NCBI GenBank assembly: GCA_963796055.1 | Contig: CAWCKH010000004.1 | Coordinates: 448,001-512,000 of the forward strand | Length of the DNA stretch: 64,000 nt | Direction: 5' to 3' | DNA from: an uncultured delta proteobacterium | Lineage (GTDB): Bacteria; Myxococcota; Myxococcia; Myxococcales; Myxococcaceae | Part shown: positions 57,929 to 64,000 of the stretch, piece after piece | Layout: every line of letters begins with the position of its first letter | Position numbering within the stretch: position 1 is the first letter of the stretch | Translations under genes and position numbers: made by a program | Notes under the pieces: model-generated | The model's input: only the letters and a program-made list of their open reading frames with translations | Database searches by the model: none | Told to the model about the DNA's origin: nothing

Positions 57929-58108
57929 ATGCAGGCAGAGTTCTTCGTCGCACCCCGCGCGGTGACCTCCGGCAATCCCGGGTGGCTCCTCGGCGCCGCG
58001 TTGATCCTCTCGTACTTCTTGCTGTCCGCGGCGCTGGTGCAGGACTTCTCCCGCGCCTCGACCCCGCCGCTCGCGGGCGAGATGACCATCCTGGTGCGCG
58101 CGAGGTAG
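57929..58108 (+). CDS. Single-TM microprotein, paralog 1 (59 aa)
   Basis: GGAG RBS; MQAEFFVAPRAVTSGNPGWLLGAALILSYFLLSAALVQDFSRASTPPLAGEMTILVRAR*. Below the ORF-track cutoff. Confidence 0.75.
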   Translation: MQAEFFVAPRAVTSGNPGWLLGAALILSYFLLSAALVQDFSRASTPPLAGEMTILVRAR

Positions 58109-58169
58109 GGCCTTTGCCCATGGGTCGAAGAGGGGTGGCCGGGTCACGGTCGACGTCCCTCTCTTGCCG

Positions 58170-58358
58170 TTACCTGGCCTGCGCGACCTGGGCGATCACC
58201 GTCGGGGCGTCGGTGCTGGTGACCCGGTAGGCGCTGTACAGCGCGCCGTGCCCACCCACCCAGGCGCCGACCAGCACCGCACCGGCAACGAGGATCCCCC
58301 GCCCTCGGGTACGGGCGATCTGTTCGAACGACTTCAGCGAGGTCTGCGAGGTCTTCAT
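58170..58358 (-). CDS. Single-TM microprotein, paralog 2 (62 aa)
   Basis: GGAG RBS; MKTSQTSLKSFEQIARTRGRGILVAGAVLVGAWVGGHGALYSAYRVTSTDAPTVIAQVAQAR*. Confidence 0.72.
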   Translation of the reverse strand: MKTSQTSLKSFEQIARTRGRGILVAGAVLVGAWVGGHGALYSAYRVTSTDAPTVIAQVAQAR

Positions 58359-58416
58359 GACTGTCTCCGGTCGAAGGGTCGGCCGGCTTTCAGCGCCGGC
58401 CACGCGGACACTGAAT

Positions 58417-58432
58417 TGCACCCCCGGGGCCA
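58417..58432 (-). promoter_or_regulatory. Putative sigma54 -24/-12 promoter of microprotein 2
   Basis: Minus strand TGGCCCCGGGGGTGCA (GG-N10-GC). Confidence 0.65.
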
Positions 58433-58570
58433 CCCTGGAGGCGCTCCATGTGCTCGATTTCACAGGGCTCTCACCTTGTCCGCGTTGCGTCCGGGGTCAC
58501 GGTTCGGGATCGGCCGTTGCGCAGCCGGTCACGGCGTCGCCTTGGGGGTGTGGTCCAGGTAGGTTCACGC

Positions 58571-59983
<1,413 letters not shown>

Positions 59984-60139
59984 CGGCGGACACCGACCGA
60001 CCAACACCTTCTCCGCTGTGCAGTCCCGTTCTCGCGTTGCCCCGGAAGTTCCATTTCCGGAACGGCCGTCGCCGCTGCCGCAACGGCCCTCGGGGAAGGA
60101 CCTCCGTGAAACCCCCGGCAATCACGCTCTCCGGCAACC

Positions 60140-60155
60140 CGGCACGCGCGCTGCA
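60140..60155 (+). promoter_or_regulatory. Putative sigma54 -24/-12 promoter of microprotein 3
   Basis: CGGCACGCGCGCTGCA (GG-N10-GC). Confidence 0.72.
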
Positions 60156-60198
60156 GAGCGACCGGGGGCAGGCAATGCCACCCGCAGGAGAGAAGACG

Positions 60199-60363
60199 AT
60201 GCGCGCCCAGACCGAGTCCGTTTCCCCCATCTTCCAGAACTCACGTCGTCGCTCGCCCGGGCTCGTGCTGGGAATCCTCCTGGTGCTTGGCTACTTCGGC
60301 ACCGCGGTGGTTCTCATCCGCGACTACTCGGCGGCCCCGTCGACCTTCGACCAGGTCGCGTAG
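60199..60363 (+). CDS. Single-TM microprotein, paralog 3 (54 aa)
   Basis: AGGAG RBS; MRAQTESVSPIFQNSRRRSPGLVLGILLVLGYFGTAVVLIRDYSAAPSTFDQVA*. Confidence 0.8.
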   Translation: MRAQTESVSPIFQNSRRRSPGLVLGILLVLGYFGTAVVLIRDYSAAPSTFDQVA

Positions 60364-60399
60364 CGACACGCACCACCGCTGGCGGCATGCCCTCATCGC

Positions 60400-60433
60400 G
60401 CACGGCCCGGGACGACGACGTCTCGGGCCGTGC
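60400..60433 (+). terminator. 15-bp stem-loop downstream of microprotein 3
   Basis: GCACGGCCCGGGACG-ACGA-CGTCTCGGGCCGTGC; weak U-tract. Confidence 0.6.
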
Positions 60434-60604
60434 AGTGTTCGGCGCAGCCCGTCCCCGCGCGTGCGCACCCCGGACACCTGAGCGACGGCGCGTTGCACCG
60501 GACGCCACAGCTGGCACAGGCAGTGTCACTTCCGAAGCAATGGACCCTGCCGGCTAGGCTCCTCAAGTGTCCGCAACTCCCGAGGGAAGCGGGGGGTTCG
60601 GGGC

Positions 60605-60620
60605 TGGCATCGCCGCTGCA
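60605..60620 (+). promoter_or_regulatory. Putative sigma54 -24/-12 promoter of microprotein 4
   Basis: TGGCATCGCCGCTGCA (GG-N10-GC). Confidence 0.75.
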
Positions 60621-60656
60621 ACATGGCTGGTTCGTCGAGAGACACCGGAGGACGCC

Positions 60657-60833
60657 ATGAAGCCCGAGATCACCAGCTCCAATCCCCAGCTGTTCCGCTC
60701 CTCCCGCCGCTGGAGCCCCATCCCCTTCATCCTCAGCGGCGTGCTCCTCGTCGCCGGGTACGTGGGTGCCAGCGCCGTGCTGATCGACAACTACACCAAC
60801 CACACCGCCCAGGTGGGCGGTCCGAGGGCCTGA
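60657..60833 (+). CDS. Single-TM microprotein, paralog 4 (58 aa)
   Basis: GGAGG RBS; MKPEITSSNPQLFRSSRRWSPIPFILSGVLLVAGYVGASAVLIDNYTNHTAQVGGPRA*. Confidence 0.8.
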   Translation: MKPEITSSNPQLFRSSRRWSPIPFILSGVLLVAGYVGASAVLIDNYTNHTAQVGGPRA

Positions 60834-60978
60834 ACGGAGAGCGGGAACCTCGGGGGGAACCCCGGAGGCGGCGGAACGAGGCGCAGACCCCTGTCCCCTC
60901 CTGCGCCTGGACTCGTGGGGAGAACCGCCGCACTCCGGGACCCCATTTTTGAAAGCAGCGGCCGGCAACGGCTGCCAC

Positions 60979-61026
60979 CCGAGGCTCGGAGACGACCGCG
61001 ACCGTCTCCGGGCCTCGGCGTCTTTT
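60979..61026 (+). terminator. Rho-independent terminator
   Basis: 16-bp stem CCGAGGCTCGGAGACG / CGTCTCCGGGCCTCGG (one G-U pair), followed by CGTCTTTT. Confidence 0.75.
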
Positions 61027-61113
61027 CGCAGACCCTCGCGGGTTGCACCCGTCCTGCGATGGGTTGGATCCGTTCAAGGCACCAGGGTCGCGGAGACGCC
61101 AACCTTCGTGCCC

Positions 61114-61590
61114 ATGAGATGGCACGCCTGTCTCAGCCTCGGCCTTCTGCCCCTGCTCGCCTGCGGCGGCAGCGATGGTGCCACCATCCCCGCGGTGCTC
61201 TCGGCGACCCTCTCCCCAGATCCGATCGTCGAGGCGCCCTGCCCGCCGACGAGCTGTGGATCGCTCACTGGCCAGACCGAGGCCTCAGCCTCCTTGACGC
61301 TGCGGGAGACCGCTGGCACCGGAGTGATACTGGAGTCGGTCTCGATGACGCTCCGTTCCCAGCCCGCGGGAGCGACCATCGCCGCCGGCTCCTTCCAGGG
61401 AGCCGGACTGGTGCAGCAGTCGGGAGGCTCGGCACGCGTCGACGCCCGTGGCACCCGGACGGTGTCGGTCAGCGTGCACTACGATCAATCGGCAGGAGGT
61501 CATCCGGCGACGCTCAGCGTCACGGCGCTTGGAAGGGACGACGTGGGGCATCCCGTGTCGGCCACCGCCAGCGCCCAGGTGACTCCCTGA
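61114..61590 (+). CDS. Lipoprotein, possibly Ig-like, function unknown
   Basis: MRWHACLSLGLLPLLA-C lipobox; beta-strand-rich. Confidence 0.7.
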   Translation: MRWHACLSLGLLPLLACGGSDGATIPAVLSATLSPDPIVEAPCPPTSCGSLTGQTEASASLTLRETAGTGVILESVSMTLRSQPAGATIAAGSFQGAGLVQQSGGSARVDARGTRTVSVSVHYDQSAGGHPATLSVTALGRDDVGHPVSATASAQVTP

Positions 61591-61636
61591 ACCTGGAGGG
61601 GCGGCACAGGGGCCTGTCCGACCCCGAGGAGCTACG

Positions 61637-62467
61637 ATGGAGGTGAGCATGTCGGCTCCCGTCGTCCCGGTCTCGCAGGGTAGCCCCACCGCCGTGGTCC
61701 GCGAGCTGCGCGGGCTGCGGGCGCTGGTCGCGGACTTCCCTGCCTCGCTCCACCTCCCACGGCACGCGCACGAGCACGCCACCATGGCCGTGGTCCTCTC
61801 GGGAGGTTTTCGCAAGCACCTGGCGAGGAGCGTGCAGGAGTGTGTTCCGGGTTCTCTCGTCACCGAGCCACCCGGCGAACGGCATGCGAACTGGTTCGGC
61901 CCCCGCGGCGCACGGGTGGTGTTGCTCCAGCCGCTGGTGCTCGCCAAGGAGGGCGAGGTGCCCTGGCGCACGCTGTTCGGCCGTCCCCGTGCGGAGATGT
62001 CCCCCTGGTGCGCCGCCCTCGCCCGACGGATCGCCGAGGAGCTCAGCTTCCCGGACAATCTCTCCCCCCTGGCGCTCCACGGCCTGACGCTGGAGCTGCT
62101 CGTCTCGGCCGCGCGGGGGAACCGGCCTGAGGCGCCACGCCGCCCACCGCCCTGGCTCGGGCGCGTGGAGGAGCTGCTCCGCGCGGAATTCGTCCATCCT
62201 CCGTCCATGCGCAGCCTCGCCCGGCAGGCCGGCGTTCACCCGGTTCACCTGGCCCGAGCCTTCCGGAGGCATCACGGCTGCACCGTGGCCAGCCACGTGC
62301 GCAAGCTGCGCGTGGCCTGGGCGCAGGAGCAGCTGCTCCGCCCCGGGGCGTCGATGGCCGATCTCGCGCTCGCGGCGGGATTCGCCGACCAGAGCCACTT
62401 CGCCCGCGTCTTCCGCCGGGTGCTCGGGCTCACCCCGGGGGAGTGGCGGCGCCGCAACGTCGTCTAG
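61637..62467 (+). CDS. AraC-family regulator with cupin N-domain
   Basis: PRHAHEH cupin; LARQAGVHPVHLARAFRR, AGFADQSHFARVF. Confidence 0.92.
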   Translation: MEVSMSAPVVPVSQGSPTAVVRELRGLRALVADFPASLHLPRHAHEHATMAVVLSGGFRKHLARSVQECVPGSLVTEPPGERHANWFGPRGARVVLLQPLVLAKEGEVPWRTLFGRPRAEMSPWCAALARRIAEELSFPDNLSPLALHGLTLELLVSAARGNRPEAPRRPPPWLGRVEELLRAEFVHPPSMRSLARQAGVHPVHLARAFRRHHGCTVASHVRKLRVAWAQEQLLRPGASMADLALAAGFADQSHFARVFRRVLGLTPGEWRRRNVV

Positions 62468-63063
62468 TCGTCGTCTTCGCCCGCGCCGACCCCGATGTCT
62501 CCTCGCACCACGTCGAACGGCCCGAACCGGGGCGGGTTGGAGGATCCGCAGAAGGCCTCGTTGGCCGCTTCGTCCCCGAAGCCCGCCAGGGTCGACTGGT
62601 CCGGTCGGCCGAGCGTCCGGTTGTCGATGGCCTGCCACCAGATGAACGAGCCAACGGCGATGCCCGGATCGTCGGTGGCGTCGATCCGCCCGCCGACCTT
62701 GGCCCGGTTCCCCGTGAGGCCGTTGAAGTCGTAGACGCCGGCGCAGGTGAGATGCCCCCCGTAGTGGAAGGTGCTGCCCTCGGCCGCCTCGGTCACCCGG
62801 TACAGGCCCCTCACCGCGCCCGATCGACCCTTGACCGCAACGAACGAGAACCAGGCCACGATGTCGGTGCTGGTCCCGAACACCGACGCGGGGACGACAA
62901 TCCGATCATGGCCCGCGGCCACGAACCGGGCATGCTCCTCGCTCCGGAGCTCGGCGGCCATGGCGGAGAGCTCCGGGTTCGAGGCGACGACGGCCTCGGG
63001 GGGCGCCACTGCCCCGCCGCAGCCCAGCGCAAGCAGACTTCCCAGCAAGACACGGTTCCACAT
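62464..63063 (-). CDS. Lipoprotein, function unknown
   Basis: GGAGG RBS; MWNRVLLGSLLALG-C. Its stop shares CTAG with the AraC stop. Confidence 0.75.
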   Translation of the reverse strand: MWNRVLLGSLLALGCGGAVAPPEAVVASNPELSAMAAELRSEEHARFVAAGHDRIVVPASVFGTSTDIVAWFSFVAVKGRSGAVRGLYRVTEAAEGSTFHYGGHLTCAGVYDFNGLTGNRAKVGGRIDATDDPGIAVGSFIWWQAIDNRTLGRPDQSTLAGFGDEAANEAFCGSSNPPRFGPFDVVRGDIGVGAGEDDD

Positions 63064-63266
63064 CGCGAGCTCCTCCAGGACCGCGCGCGGGCGCACCATG
63101 CGGCGCGCGCTGGCGGAGCACTCTCGAAGCGCGGCGGTGCAGCGGTCTTGTCCGCAGCGAACGCCGCGGCGGACGAACCCAACATCCGCCCGCGCCGCCG
63201 AGGCCGGAGGAGGACCTCGGGCCGGGCACGCCCCCGAGGCTAAGAGGCGGTAGGGCCGGTAGGGAA

Positions 63267-63293
63267 TAGCTGACTGCGGCCGCCCTGACCTAG
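63267..63293. repeat. Solo collapsed copy of the 29.7-kb array motif
   Basis: TAGCTGACTGCGGCCGCCCTGACCTAG equals the array's left end fused to its right end. Confidence 0.85.
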
Positions 63294-64000
63294 GCGGTCG
63301 CCGCGGCGACGAACTGACTCGCCCACCGGGCGATGCCGAAGATGGTCTCCTGGGGGTTGACCCCCAGCGAGGTGGGGAACACCGAGCCGTCCACCACGAA
63401 GAGGTTGTCCATCGCGTGGTAGCGCAGCGTGCTGTCCACCACCGAGGTGCGCGGGTCGCTGCCCATGGAACACCCGCCCATCTGGTGCGCGGTGGCCACC
63501 CGTACCCGGCCCGCCTCCCAGGGCGCCGCGTCCATCGCCGGGTCGATGTCCGCCGCCCTCTGGATCCGCACCGGCCGGGCGTGCAGCGAGCGCACCTCGC
63601 GCGCGCCGGCGGCGAACTGGATCCGCGCCATCTCCTTGCACGCGGCGCGGAAGGCCTCGAAGTGGAAGGGGCGGAGCGGGTAGTCGATCGACACCCGCCG
63701 TTCGGCGGGGTCGCGGAGGGTCACCGTCCCGCCCGCATCATCCGGCAGCAGGCCGTCGTGGCAGATGGCGATGGTGCTCTGGGTGTACGGCAGCTGCTCC
63801 ATCAGCGCCTGGTGCTGCTCGCCGATGCCCGGGAACACCGTGGCGGCGATGAGCGGCATGATCGGCGGAACCTCGAGCAGGAAACCCAGCTTCCCCGGGC
63901 CGCGCTCGATGAAGTGGTGCGAGTAGGCCGCCTGGGGCGCACCGGCCCAGGGCGCCACCGGTTCGGGCATCACCGCGCTCATGATGACCACCGGGTGGAG
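63290..64000 (-). CDS. GMC oxidoreductase, C-terminal part (5' end beyond the window)
   Basis: LHPVV..., TAHQMGGCSMG, NLFVVDGSVFPTSLGVNPQETI. Confidence 0.9.
   Translation of the reverse strand, partial: LHPVVIMSAVMPEPVAPWAGAPQAAYSHHFIERGPGKLGFLLEVPPIMPLIAATVFPGIGEQHQALMEQLPYTQSTIAICHDGLLPDDAGGTVTLRDPAERRVSIDYPLRPFHFEAFRAACKEMARIQFAAGAREVRSLHARPVRIQRAADIDPAMDAAPWEAGRVRVATAHQMGGCSMGSDPRTSVVDSTLRYHAMDNLFVVDGSVFPTSLGVNPQETIFGIARWASQFVAAATA

Noticed and set aside
60854..60950. SRP RNA, 6S RNA or tRNA
   Set aside because: No SRP domain-IV motif, no cloverleaf, and too short for 6S; kept only as an unassigned structured RNA candidate.

Overview
Very GC-rich, densely coding bacterial DNA. Gene content points to Myxococcota (inference): an ElbD-type ether-lipid multienzyme, an FHA-sigma54 activator and many lipoproteins. 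I saw no rRNA, tRNA, CRISPR array or transposase. Main blocks: (1) 1-20 kb, regulators, redox genes and a livKHMGF + M20 peptidase operon; (2) 20-46 kb, a cell-envelope/lipid cluster with a transaldolase-fed gmhA/hddA/gmhB/hddC heptose pathway, one GT2 and three GT-C glycosyltransferases, a GH3-ino1-DegT-flippase-AKR-GMC operon (candidate N-acyl-aminocyclitol pathway), ALDH, GMC, DUF3047 and MMPL; (3) 52-58 kb, elbD/elbE-like genes; (4) 57.9-61 kb, the best candidate for an undescribed system. There, four paralogous 54-62 aa single-TM microproteins surround an FHA-sigma54 activator. Each has its own RBS and -24/-12 promoter, three have paired 17-bp upstream boxes, and the last has a strongly structured 3' RNA tail. 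Also notable: a CTAG-flanked 5 x 83-85 bp tandem array with a collapsed solo copy 33 kb away, and several genes that keep both ends but lack their middle. All functional calls come from motif recognition by eye; no database searches were run.
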